A stretch of DNA of 34,197 nucleotides from a virus (Duplodnaviria > Caudoviricetes). Each line of letters opens with the position of its first letter. The stretch's first letter is position 1. Shown piece after piece: positions 1 to 9,110 of the stretch. A program made the position numbers and the translations under genes. The notes below the pieces were generated by a model. The model was not told where the DNA came from and made no database searches. It saw only the letters and a list, made by a program, of their open reading frames with translations. The stretch covers positions 1 to 34,197 of the IMG/VR virus record IMGVR_UViG_3300012953_007610; one strand, given 5' to 3'.

Positions 1-1625
1 ATGATTACAAATTCTGTAAGTACAGAAGTATTGAAAAGCATTTAAGTATAGAGCAAAAAGAATGTGACTGTCACGAGCAAATGCACGGAAAACTAATTTC
101 TGCATTTATGTACGGTTCTAAATCTCTTTGGTGGATGTCTGAAGCTCAACAAAAAATATATGAAGAAAGATTCCCTTTTCTAAATGAAAGAGAGAATACA
201 GTTTTATCTAGTGTCTTCAACGATACATTTTTTGTTGCTGTCAAAATGCTTAGAGAAAAATATAAAGACACTGAAAGAAAGGGCTGGTTAGTATTAGGTT
301 CTACTAGTTGGATCAAAGGATACCAGCAAGCTGAACAGTGGTGTAAAGATAACGACAAAGAATATGAAGTGCTTTGGGAAGTTCCTTATGAAGAAGTACT
401 TGAGAAAATGGCTCAAGCCGAAGGTTTTGTATACCTGCCTCAAGGCGGAGATACCTGCCCCAGAATGGTAATAGAAGCAAAACTCCTTGGATGTCAACTC
501 CACATCAATGATGATGTGCAACATGCTAAAGAAATCTGGTTTGATACTGAAGATCCATTTGATACTGAAGCATATCTTTATGCTGCTAGAGAAAGATTTT
601 GGTCGAGCATTCAATCTTCAATGAATTATGTCCCTAATATCTCTGGGTACACGACAACCCGTAATGCTAAGTCGCAAGGATATCCATATATCCAATCAAT
701 AAAATCTATGCTGGGCTTCTGTGGTGAAGTCGTAGTGGTCGATGGCGGTTCTGATGACGGAACATGGGAAGAACTTCAAACAATGGCAGCCATGCAAGGT
801 GATGGTAAACTAAAAGTATATCAAGTAGAGCGCGACTGGAATCATCCCCGACATGCTGTTTTTGATGGCGCTCAAAAAGCTGAAGCCAGAAGTCGGTGTA
901 CTGGAGATTATTGCTGGCAACAAGATGCCGATGAGGTTGTCCACGAAGATGATTATGATAAAATTGTTAATCTGTGTAGAAATTTCCCAAAGCATGCTGA
1001 TTTAGTATCACTCCCTGTTGTAGAATATTGGGGTAGTTTAGAAAAAGTTCGAATGGATGTTAACCCATGGAAGTGGCGTCTTAGCCGAAACAAACCAGAA
1101 ATTACTCACGGTATACCCAAGCAATTTCGTAGAGAAGACGATGATGGAAATCTTTATGCAGGATTAGGAACTGACGGGTGTGACTACATTAATTCAGAAA
1201 CTTTTGATAGAATTCCCCACGCTAGTTTTTATACAGAAGAAATCCATAATGCTAGGGTTGCCGGATTGCAGGGAAATAAAGAAGCCTGTGAAGCTTATGA
1301 AAAATGGTTCCAGAGAGTAGTAGAGCTTTATCCTGGAGTACATCATTATTCTTGGCTAGATATTTCTAGAAAAATTAAAACATATAAAAACTATTGGTCT
1401 AAGCATTGGCAAAGTCTGTACAATATAGAGCAAGAGGATACTATTGATAATAACATGTTTTTTGATAAAATGTGGAAAGACGTGACAGAAGAAGATATAG
1501 AAAATCTTTCTGTTGATTTGTCGGAGAAGATGGGCGGATGGGTTTTTCATTCTAAGGTAGATTTCGATAATCCCACTCCCCACATTTCATCTGGTAGGTC
1601 CGAGCCGAAAATAATGGAGAGCTAA
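1..1625 (+). CDS. Two-domain glycosyltransferase (GT-B/GT4-like N-part + GT2 C-part), 5'-truncated by window edge
   Basis: The frame of 81..1625 is open back to base 3 (DYKFCKYRSIEKHLSIEQKECDCHEQM), so the true start is probably upstream. The N-part has the GT-B motif GFVYLPQGGDTCPRMVIEAKLLGC. The C-part has GT-A motifs VVVVDGGSDDGTWE and DxD (QQDADEVV). Confidence 0.8.
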   Translation, partial: DYKFCKYRSIEKHLSIEQKECDCHEQMHGKLISAFMYGSKSLWWMSEAQQKIYEERFPFLNERENTVLSSVFNDTFFVAVKMLREKYKDTERKGWLVLGSTSWIKGYQQAEQWCKDNDKEYEVLWEVPYEEVLEKMAQAEGFVYLPQGGDTCPRMVIEAKLLGCQLHINDDVQHAKEIWFDTEDPFDTEAYLYAARERFWSSIQSSMNYVPNISGYTTTRNAKSQGYPYIQSIKSMLGFCGEVVVVDGGSDDGTWEELQTMAAMQGDGKLKVYQVERDWNHPRHAVFDGAQKAEARSRCTGDYCWQQDADEVVHEDDYDKIVNLCRNFPKHADLVSLPVVEYWGSLEKVRMDVNPWKWRLSRNKPEITHGIPKQFRREDDDGNLYAGLGTDGCDYINSETFDRIPHASFYTEEIHNARVAGLQGNKEACEAYEKWFQRVVELYPGVHHYSWLDISRKIKTYKNYWSKHWQSLYNIEQEDTIDNNMFFDKMWKDVTEEDIENLSVDLSEKMGGWVFHSKVDFDNPTPHISSGRSEPKIMES

Positions 1626-2569
1626 TGTTTTTTAAAAATGATAATCCATTTAGTAATGCTTCTCTTAGTTTAGAGAATTCTTTAGAAGATATAAAAATCC
1701 CCGTTGACTTGAGCTTATTCTCTGAAGAGGCCGAGATTTTAGAATATTGGCGTAATCTAAAAGGCGATGACAACTGGTCTCAAGCTCGTAGTAATGAAAA
1801 TTTTAGATTAATAGAAAAAGTATATCCATTTGGTACAAGAAGAGTCTACGAACCAATAGATCATAAGAATAATTTGGATTTACAATCATCTCGTGGATTA
1901 GGCTTCAATGGCGACGAAGACATTGAAAAAATGGTTAAATCCTATATTCGTAAAACAAGCCTATTTCACGAATCAGATAAACTTAGGTTTGATGAAGCTA
2001 GCTTGGTTGTAGAAAAAATAACTGAGCAGTTAGAGGATTTTCTTAGCCAAAATAATGATCCAGTGGCAGCTAAAGCAGTTAAGATAGCTGTTGCTCGAGG
2101 AAAAGATAAATTTGTAGAAATTGGAGCTAGGACTGCTAATTTTTTAAATCATTATAAAAATAATGGTTGGACTAAAGTAATAGGCTATGACATCAACCCA
2201 ATTTCTGTTGGAATAGCAAAAAAACTGGGGTGGGATTTAAGACTTGGAGATATTAAAGATGCATCAGGGTTTGATTTAAAAGATTCAGGCTTAGTAGTAC
2301 TTTATCATGTTTTAGAGCATGTTTCTGATCCTTTAAAGTCTTTAAAAACTTTAAATACGGCTGCTGGTATTGGTACTAAATTTCATATTGAAATTCCAAT
2401 TGAGCCAGGAATTCCTAGACTAAGATATGGTCACCTATTTCCTTTTGAGTCCGGAGATTTAGTAGAGATGCTTAAGTTGGCTGGTTTTATTCCAGTTAGT
2501 TTCTCTAATATTCCGCATCCTGGTGGTCCCGCAATTGAAAGAGTTGTGGCAGTTTCGACCGGAGTATAA
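1625..2569 (+). CDS. Class I SAM-dependent methyltransferase (Methyltransf_23-like) with unassigned N-terminal extension
   Basis: FVEIGA (degenerate motif I), VIGYDIN, LYHVLEHVSDPLKSL, IEIP. TAATG overlap with the upstream gene. Confidence 0.75.
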   Translation: MFFKNDNPFSNASLSLENSLEDIKIPVDLSLFSEEAEILEYWRNLKGDDNWSQARSNENFRLIEKVYPFGTRRVYEPIDHKNNLDLQSSRGLGFNGDEDIEKMVKSYIRKTSLFHESDKLRFDEASLVVEKITEQLEDFLSQNNDPVAAKAVKIAVARGKDKFVEIGARTANFLNHYKNNGWTKVIGYDINPISVGIAKKLGWDLRLGDIKDASGFDLKDSGLVVLYHVLEHVSDPLKSLKTLNTAAGIGTKFHIEIPIEPGIPRLRYGHLFPFESGDLVEMLKLAGFIPVSFSNIPHPGGPAIERVVAVSTGV

Positions 2570-2570
2570 A

Positions 2571-3293
2571 TTGAATAATCGTTTTGTTTTCATTGTTCCA
2601 GCATATAATGCAGAAAAAACAATCCAGCGTTGTATAACATCGGTTGCTTTTCAAACATATCCAAATTGGAAAATATTGATCAGAGATGACATGTCAACAG
2701 ATAGCACTGCAAAAATTATAGAGGCTATGCAAAATACAATTCCTGGTGGAAAAGAAAAAATTTCTTACAAATCTAACAAAACTAAAATGTGGGAAGTTGG
2801 AAATATACTTGATATGCTCAAAGAGTGTTATTCAAGCGATATAATCTGTAGGTTAGATGCAGACGATTGGCTTAGCGACTGCGACTCTTTGACAATAATC
2901 GACCATGCATATAAAACTGTTGGTTGTGATGTTTTGTGGACAGCTCACAGATGGTCATATACTCACCAAAATATTTCTGGTCCGCTTCCGAAAGATGCTG
3001 ATCCATACAAACACCCATGGGTTAGTTCTCATTTAAAAACTTTTAGAAAAAAAATGATTGAAAGCGTTTCAGATGAAAACTTTAGAGGAGAGGATGGCGA
3101 ATACTTTAAGAGAATAGGCGATCAAGCCATTTATCTTCCAGTTTTACATAACTCTAAAGGAAATTGGCATTTTGAACCTTTCGTTAGTTATCATTACTCT
3201 ATAGAATTAAAGAAAGAAACTTTTCATACTGATGATGCTCGCTTTCAAAAATCCGAAGCTGAGTTCTTAAGAAAAAGAGGTTATGTGAGTTGA
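2571..3293 (+). CDS. Glycosyltransferase family 2
   Basis: FIVPAYNAEKTI, IRDDMSTDST, DxD in RLDADDWL. Start moved from the track's 2523 to TTG 2571, which follows GGAG at 2561-2564. Confidence 0.85.
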   Translation: MNNRFVFIVPAYNAEKTIQRCITSVAFQTYPNWKILIRDDMSTDSTAKIIEAMQNTIPGGKEKISYKSNKTKMWEVGNILDMLKECYSSDIICRLDADDWLSDCDSLTIIDHAYKTVGCDVLWTAHRWSYTHQNISGPLPKDADPYKHPWVSSHLKTFRKKMIESVSDENFRGEDGEYFKRIGDQAIYLPVLHNSKGNWHFEPFVSYHYSIELKKETFHTDDARFQKSEAEFLRKRGYVS

Positions 3294-4189
3294 GAGTACT
3301 TTTAAATAGAAAACCAGTTGATGGCCCATGGGGTGGCGGAAACGCGTTTGTTAAAGCTTTTATCCAAGGTCTTGAAGAGAGAGGTCATGAAGTTGTCTTT
3401 AATTTAGAAGAAAACCATGACTGTTTTTTTATTATGGATCCTCGTCCCGATGCTAACTGCCCAGGATTAGGCAACTACTTGCAAAGATTTGGTACAGGCT
3501 ATCCAACTCCAATAATCCAGAGAATTAATGAGTGCGATGCCAGAAAAAATACTGAGCACATGGATTATCTACTTTTAGACTGCAGCCAGTATTTAACGAA
3601 AACCATTTTTGTTTCTGATTGGATGAAGAGTTATTTTCTGAAAAAGGGTTGGCGATGTGCTAATAACTTTGTTATTCATAATGGCGTAGACAAAAGCATA
3701 TTCAAACCAAGCGAAATGATAAGTTTTTCTAAAAAGAAATCTGTAGTAGCCCATCATTGGTCTAACAATATTTTAAAAGGCTTTGATGCTTATGAATTTC
3801 TAGATTATCTAGCTGGTAAAGGAATTATTGACTTTACATACATAGGAAGACACCGAAACTCATTTCAAAATGCTAAGTTAATAGAGCCTTGTTCCGGAGA
3901 AAAGTTAGCAAATAGCCTGGCTATCCACGATATATACGTTAGCGCTAGTAGATTCGATCCAGGACCTAATCATATTTTAGAGGCTTTAGCTGTTGGTTTA
4001 CCCACTTACGTTCATCGAGATGGTGGAGGAGCAGTTGAGTTTGCTGGTGGTTATCATGTTTTTAGCAATTTATGCGAGCTAGAAGAAATAATCTTAAAAA
4101 ACTCTCATGAAAAAAACCACTATAATCCAACTACTTGGGAGCAAAGTATAGAGCAATATATTAGAGTAGTAGAGTCATGCGAAAGCTAA
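3290..4189 (+). CDS. Glycosyltransferase, GT-B fold (GT4-like)
   Basis: GPWGGG loop, IFVSDW, VIHNGVD, SRFDPGPNHILEALAVGLP. TTG start in a TTGA overlap with GAGG upstream. Confidence 0.85.
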   Translation: MRVLLNRKPVDGPWGGGNAFVKAFIQGLEERGHEVVFNLEENHDCFFIMDPRPDANCPGLGNYLQRFGTGYPTPIIQRINECDARKNTEHMDYLLLDCSQYLTKTIFVSDWMKSYFLKKGWRCANNFVIHNGVDKSIFKPSEMISFSKKKSVVAHHWSNNILKGFDAYEFLDYLAGKGIIDFTYIGRHRNSFQNAKLIEPCSGEKLANSLAIHDIYVSASRFDPGPNHILEALAVGLPTYVHRDGGGAVEFAGGYHVFSNLCELEEIILKNSHEKNHYNPTTWEQSIEQYIRVVESCES

Positions 4190-5100
4190 AAATATATTTT
4201 GATAATGTAAATTTCAGCTCAAATTCAGGTCCCAACAGCTTTGGTTCAAGACTTGCACATGAGTTAGTGAAAAATTATCCGGTTGAGATCGTAAGCCATA
4301 AAGATCAATATGACATTTTTTTATGTTTTATAGAACCAACTCATCAACCAAAAACTGGAACTATTTTATGCCAAAGGCTAGATGGTATTTGGTTTAAGCC
4401 AGATCAATTTGAGTCTCATAATAAATTAATTAAATGGGCTTATGATAATTCCAGTGCAGTAATTTGGCAGTCTGAGTTTGATAAAAATATGACTCAACAC
4501 TGGTGGGGAAATAAATATGGAAAGACAATTCATAATGGAATAGATTTATCTCCAGCTGCAGTATCAAAAGAATTTTTAGAATGGAGAAAAAAGCATGATA
4601 TGTTATTCGTTTCTGCTGCTAGCTGGCATCGGCAAAAAAGACTAAAAGAGAATATAGAGTTTTTCAAAAATGTTTCATCCCCAAAAGATGCAATGGTAGT
4701 TCTTGGTGGAAATCCAGACCATGTAGTAAAAGATTCAAACATATTCTATTTAGGACAAAAATCGCATGAAGAGTGTTTAGCGATATATTCTTGCTCTGAT
4801 TGGATGATTCATTTAGCTTGGCTAGACCACTGCCCAAATGTAGTTGTTGAAGCATTATCCCAAAACTGTCCAGTTATCTGCACAGATTCTGGCGGAACAA
4901 AAGAAATAGTTCGTCAAAATGGTATAATTCTTAAGGAAAAACCCTACAATTATGAATTAGCGGATTATGATAATCCACCCTCACTAAACCTGAGAAATAT
5001 TTTATTGCAAGATATTGAAGTTTATAATTCTTATTTAGACATCAACCAAGTAGCTGAAAAGTATCATTCTTTATTTGAAGAATTATGGAGAAATAGATGA
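4177..5100 (+). CDS. Glycosyltransferase, GT-B fold (GT4-like)
   Basis: IHNGID, RQKRL, WLDHCPNVVVEALSQNCPVICTDSGGTKE. Motifs are colinear with the upstream GT. Confidence 0.85.
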   Translation: MRKLKIYFDNVNFSSNSGPNSFGSRLAHELVKNYPVEIVSHKDQYDIFLCFIEPTHQPKTGTILCQRLDGIWFKPDQFESHNKLIKWAYDNSSAVIWQSEFDKNMTQHWWGNKYGKTIHNGIDLSPAAVSKEFLEWRKKHDMLFVSAASWHRQKRLKENIEFFKNVSSPKDAMVVLGGNPDHVVKDSNIFYLGQKSHEECLAIYSCSDWMIHLAWLDHCPNVVVEALSQNCPVICTDSGGTKEIVRQNGIILKEKPYNYELADYDNPPSLNLRNILLQDIEVYNSYLDINQVAEKYHSLFEELWRNR

Positions 5101-6029
5101 GCTCAAACTATATAACGACTATTGGAATAACTTCTTTCAATAGGTTAAAGTATTTCAGATCTTTAATTAACAGTCTTTCAAGTTTATCTAGAGAGAAATT
5201 TTATTTTATCGTTGTCGATAATTGCTCTCAAGAAGAAGGTCTGCAGGACTATATTAAAGAACTACAAGAAAATGGATATATTCACTTATCTTTTTTGAGA
5301 GATCCAAACGATAGAAATTGGACAAATGATGAATATATTGCGAAGAATATCATTATAGAAAATTCGCCAACTGAAACAATACTCTTCTTGCAAGATGATC
5401 TTCAGTTTATTGGTGATGAAGGTTCTTTATCTACGATTGTTAGTGATTTTGAGACTTTACCAGGCTTTTGCTTAGAGCTAAATGGTGTAAGAAGAATTTC
5501 TAACTACAATAAATTTATCTCTAAAAGAGTTATAAATGGAGAGTCTGGGTGTAAATACTGGGCTCCAGACGATAATCATTTTCAAACAATGGGACTTTTC
5601 AAAAAGCAGGTATTTAATATGTTTGGAGATTATCCTGTAGAGTGGCCTCAAACTCAGGAATACTGGGGTAGATCTGAAGACGTTTATGACTCAATGATTA
5701 AAAGAAAGTTTCCGAATGTACAGCTGAATATAACTGCTCATGTCCCTTTATTTCTTCCTGTTTGGAATGACATTAGAGGAGGATACGCTTTTATTAGAGG
5801 AGACAGAAGATATGGGCAATATTCTGATCCACCAGATTCTTGTGGAATATATTACGAAAGAATTGATTTTGAAAAATTTCAACATTTAAATAATTCAACA
5901 GAATTACCTCTCTCATTTCCAGATGTAGCTAAACCGATCGGCTGGGATTATGCTAGAGATGATAAGGGAGACCAGAAAAAATATTCCCAAAAAGAAATAA
6001 TGGAACAAGAGTTTGGTTCATTTTTTTAG
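5097..6029 (+). CDS. Glycosyltransferase family 2-like (GT-A)
   Basis: IGITSFNRLKY, IVVDNCS, LFLQDD, WGRSED. ATGA overlap. Confidence 0.75.
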   Translation: MSSNYITTIGITSFNRLKYFRSLINSLSSLSREKFYFIVVDNCSQEEGLQDYIKELQENGYIHLSFLRDPNDRNWTNDEYIAKNIIIENSPTETILFLQDDLQFIGDEGSLSTIVSDFETLPGFCLELNGVRRISNYNKFISKRVINGESGCKYWAPDDNHFQTMGLFKKQVFNMFGDYPVEWPQTQEYWGRSEDVYDSMIKRKFPNVQLNITAHVPLFLPVWNDIRGGYAFIRGDRRYGQYSDPPDSCGIYYERIDFEKFQHLNNSTELPLSFPDVAKPIGWDYARDDKGDQKKYSQKEIMEQEFGSFF

Positions 6030-6037
6030 GAGATTCA

Positions 6038-6964
6038 ATGAAGATTTTTACTTTAGCATCATCAGAAAACTGGATATGCGATAGATTTACAGAAGAATGG
6101 AAAAATTCTCATTCAAACTTAAATGAAGAAAACCCTTTAGAAGCTGATGTAATCTGGCTTCTTGCTGATTGGTGTTGGAATCAACTTCCATCTAGTTTAT
6201 TAGAAGCAAAAAAGGTAGTAGCTTCAGTTCATCATATCACTCCATCTAAGTTTGATGCTCGCGCTCTTTATGAGTTTCAAGCAAGAGATAAGCTGGTAGA
6301 TGCTTATCATGTGCCGTGTATAAAAACAAGAGATCAAATATCTGGGCTTACTAATAAACCAATTTATACGTTTCCATTTTGGGTTAACCAAGAAATGTGG
6401 ACAAATAAAAGAAGCCAAAAATCAGCTTTAAGGAGAAAGTATAGCTTACCAGAACATAAGTTTTTGATTGGAAGTTTTCAGAGAGATACTGAGGGTAGTG
6501 ATTTAATTTCTCCTAAGCTGGAAAAAGGCCCTGATTTATTCTGTGATGCAGTTGAAAGATTTGAAAAAGTTTTAGGCAGCGTAGAAGTTGTTTTAGCAGG
6601 ATGGAGAAGGCAGTATGTTATGTCTAGATTAGATAGAGTTGGAATAAATTACCACTATACTGAGCTACCATCTTTTGAGGTTATTAACGATCTATATAAT
6701 TGCTTGGATCTATACATAGTGGCCGCAAGATTTGAGGGCGGGCCTCAAGCAATTGTTGAATGCGCTTCTAATAGAACACCTATAATATCTACCGATGTTG
6801 GATTAGCATCAGAGATATTACCACCAGAATCAATATTTGCTCCAGGTGAAGAGTTAAAAGCCACCCCAAATGTTGTTTCTGCTTATGAAAATGTAGAAAC
6901 ACTTTTTATGCCAAGCGGTTTTAAAAAATACGTAAAAATGTTTGAGGATATAATAAAACCATGA
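6038..6964 (+). CDS. Glycosyltransferase, GT-B fold (GT4-like)
   Basis: EKGPDLF, DLYIVAARFEGGPQAIVEC (E-x7-E), PIISTDVG. AGGAG SD. Confidence 0.85.
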   Translation: MKIFTLASSENWICDRFTEEWKNSHSNLNEENPLEADVIWLLADWCWNQLPSSLLEAKKVVASVHHITPSKFDARALYEFQARDKLVDAYHVPCIKTRDQISGLTNKPIYTFPFWVNQEMWTNKRSQKSALRRKYSLPEHKFLIGSFQRDTEGSDLISPKLEKGPDLFCDAVERFEKVLGSVEVVLAGWRRQYVMSRLDRVGINYHYTELPSFEVINDLYNCLDLYIVAARFEGGPQAIVECASNRTPIISTDVGLASEILPPESIFAPGEELKATPNVVSAYENVETLFMPSGFKKYVKMFEDIIKP

Positions 6965-7290
6965 TTAGAGTAGAAAAGCCATGGGGATTTGAGATAATCT
7001 GGGCTAAAACAGAAAACTATGTCGGCAAGCTTTTATACATTAAAGCTGGCCATAGACTTTCAAAACAGTTTCATAAAACTAAAGAAGAAACCGTTTATGT
7101 CACGAAGGGAACTCTGCTAAATTATGAAGATGATGGAACTGTTACGAGAATCCAGCCTGGCGAAGCATTTCACGTTAATGTAGGGCAAATCCACAGATTC
7201 GGTGCTCAAGAAGAAGATGTAGAAATAATGGAGGTATCTACTCCCCATTTAGATGATGTCGTACGTTTAGAAGACGATTATAATAGATGA
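6961..7290 (+). CDS. Cupin, mannose-6-phosphate-isomerase-like (type II C-terminal cupin)
   Basis: VEKPWG, LSKQFHKTKEET, GQIHRF, EVSTPHLDDVVRLEDDY. Confidence 0.8.
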   Translation: MIRVEKPWGFEIIWAKTENYVGKLLYIKAGHRLSKQFHKTKEETVYVTKGTLLNYEDDGTVTRIQPGEAFHVNVGQIHRFGAQEEDVEIMEVSTPHLDDVVRLEDDYNR

Positions 7291-7312
7291 AAATGATAAC
7301 TTGGAGTTTAAA

Positions 7313-8182
7313 ATGATAGTAGGTGTGATAGGCCAGGGTTTTGTAGGCTCGGCAATTAGAGAAGGATTAAAAAATTATTATGAAGTCTTGACTTTTGACA
7401 TTGATGCTTCTAAATGTAATAGCACTCATAGAGATGTCTGCACTAAATCAGATATAATTTTTATTTGTATACCAACTCCCATGAAAAAATCAGGAGAGTG
7501 TGATACTTCTATAGTAGAAAAAGTAGTCGCTGGAGTTGAATCTGAGTGGAGTCGAAATGCTGAAGATATTACAAATCCACCGACGCTTGTTTTAAAATCT
7601 ACGATACCCCCTGGAACTACAAAAAGAATAAATAAAGATTGCGTTTTAAATGTGTGCTTTAGTCCTGAATTTTTAACTGAAGCTAACTCTTTTAATGATT
7701 TTAAGAACCAAACAAGAATAATCATTGGTGGAAACCCAAATATAAAATGCGCTGACGCTAAAAAAGTTAAAACAATGTTTAGAAAACCGTTTCCAAGTAT
7801 TCCAATCGTTGTTACAAAATCAGAAACAGCAGAAATGGTCAAATATTTTATAAACTGCTTTTTAGCGACAAAGGTTTCGTTTGCAAATGAAATGTATCAA
7901 GTTTGCGAAGAAGCAAATCTAGATTTTAGTAAGGTGGTAGAATATGCACTATATGATCAACGTATCGGTCAATCCCATTTATCAGTACCTGGTCCAGACG
8001 GAAGCTTGGGTTTTGGTGGTCATTGCTTTCCTAAGGATTTAAACGCTGTGATGTTTATAGCAGAATCTTTAGGGGTTAAGCCAACGGTTTTATCTTCTGT
8101 GTGGGAAAAAAATATTGAAGTAAGACCTAGAGCTGAAAGAGACTGGGAGATGATGAAGGGCCGAGCTATATCGGAAGAATAA
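7313..8182 (+). CDS. UDP-glucose/GDP-mannose 6-dehydrogenase family, short form (Ugd-like)
   Basis: GVIGQGFVG Rossmann motif, ICIPTP, KSTIPPGTT, SPEFLTE, AEMVKY, catalytic GFGGHCFPKD. ATG 7313 follows GGAG (track start 7301). Confidence 0.9.
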   Translation: MIVGVIGQGFVGSAIREGLKNYYEVLTFDIDASKCNSTHRDVCTKSDIIFICIPTPMKKSGECDTSIVEKVVAGVESEWSRNAEDITNPPTLVLKSTIPPGTTKRINKDCVLNVCFSPEFLTEANSFNDFKNQTRIIIGGNPNIKCADAKKVKTMFRKPFPSIPIVVTKSETAEMVKYFINCFLATKVSFANEMYQVCEEANLDFSKVVEYALYDQRIGQSHLSVPGPDGSLGFGGHCFPKDLNAVMFIAESLGVKPTVLSSVWEKNIEVRPRAERDWEMMKGRAISEE

Positions 8183-8183
8183 T

Positions 8184-9107
8184 ATGAAAAACTATAAATT
8201 TGAAATGCCAAATTTTCCAATCCAGGATTTGGAAAAATGCGTAGACTTGCTGCATCGAGAGTATAAAAATAATTTAACTTTAGGCGACAGTTTCTACAAA
8301 GCTAATCTTTCAGTAGCTTACGCAAATGAGCTATCAACTACAACAACTGATTTACTTCTTGGTAATTTTAGAAACGAAGTATTATGGTATGTTTCTGAAA
8401 CTCGTGAAAATGAACACCCATATTACTTTCATCACATTCCAAGGTGCGGCGGCAATACCGTTAAAAATCTTATGAAAAGTGAAAATATTTATCACACACT
8501 TCCAGTAGATAAAGTAAATCCAGAAATAAATTATGCAGCTCATATATCAGCGTTGAAAGGTCTTAGCGATTCTTTTTCTTTTGGCGCTTTTAATAAAGCA
8601 GCAATTAATGCAGAAGAGCTAAAAGCTTCAAAAGTTAAAGTTTTTTCTACAGTAAGAAATCCGTTTTCTTGGCTAGTTAGCATGTATTTTTTTGGACCAA
8701 AAGAATCTGAAGCAAATAACATCTATGAGTCTATGCATGCAGTTTATGGTGTCGGAAATGTAAGAAGAATATTTTCAACATTTAGAGAGTTTTTTGATTT
8801 CTTTATTTCTGATGTATCAGAAGAAGACCCTCTATCATGGCTAAAACCTTTTCGGCAAAACCCATACTTTCAACTTTGGGATGAGCGAGGCAATCTAATA
8901 CCAGATAAGATCATAAAACTAGAAAATATGAGTGAATTAAAAGACTACCTCGGCCTGGAATGCGAAATTCCAGTTCAAAATGCTGGAAGCTCAAAACTTC
9001 CATACCAAAAATATTATACAGAAGACATGGTAGAACTTTTTAGAGAAAAATATGGAAAACTATTAAACTATTTTGATTACGATTTTGAAGAATTAGACGG
9101 AGAATAA
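8184..9107 (+). CDS. Carbohydrate sulfotransferase (Sulfotransfer_2-like)
   Basis: 5'-PSB-like FHHIPRCGGNTV, 3'-PB-like FSTVRNPFSWLVSMY, IIKLENM, and C-terminal YQKYYT...FDYDF, all typical of this family. Confidence 0.8.
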   Translation: MKNYKFEMPNFPIQDLEKCVDLLHREYKNNLTLGDSFYKANLSVAYANELSTTTTDLLLGNFRNEVLWYVSETRENEHPYYFHHIPRCGGNTVKNLMKSENIYHTLPVDKVNPEINYAAHISALKGLSDSFSFGAFNKAAINAEELKASKVKVFSTVRNPFSWLVSMYFFGPKESEANNIYESMHAVYGVGNVRRIFSTFREFFDFFISDVSEEDPLSWLKPFRQNPYFQLWDERGNLIPDKIIKLENMSELKDYLGLECEIPVQNAGSSKLPYQKYYTEDMVELFREKYGKLLNYFDYDFEELDGE

Positions 9108-9110
9108 ATC

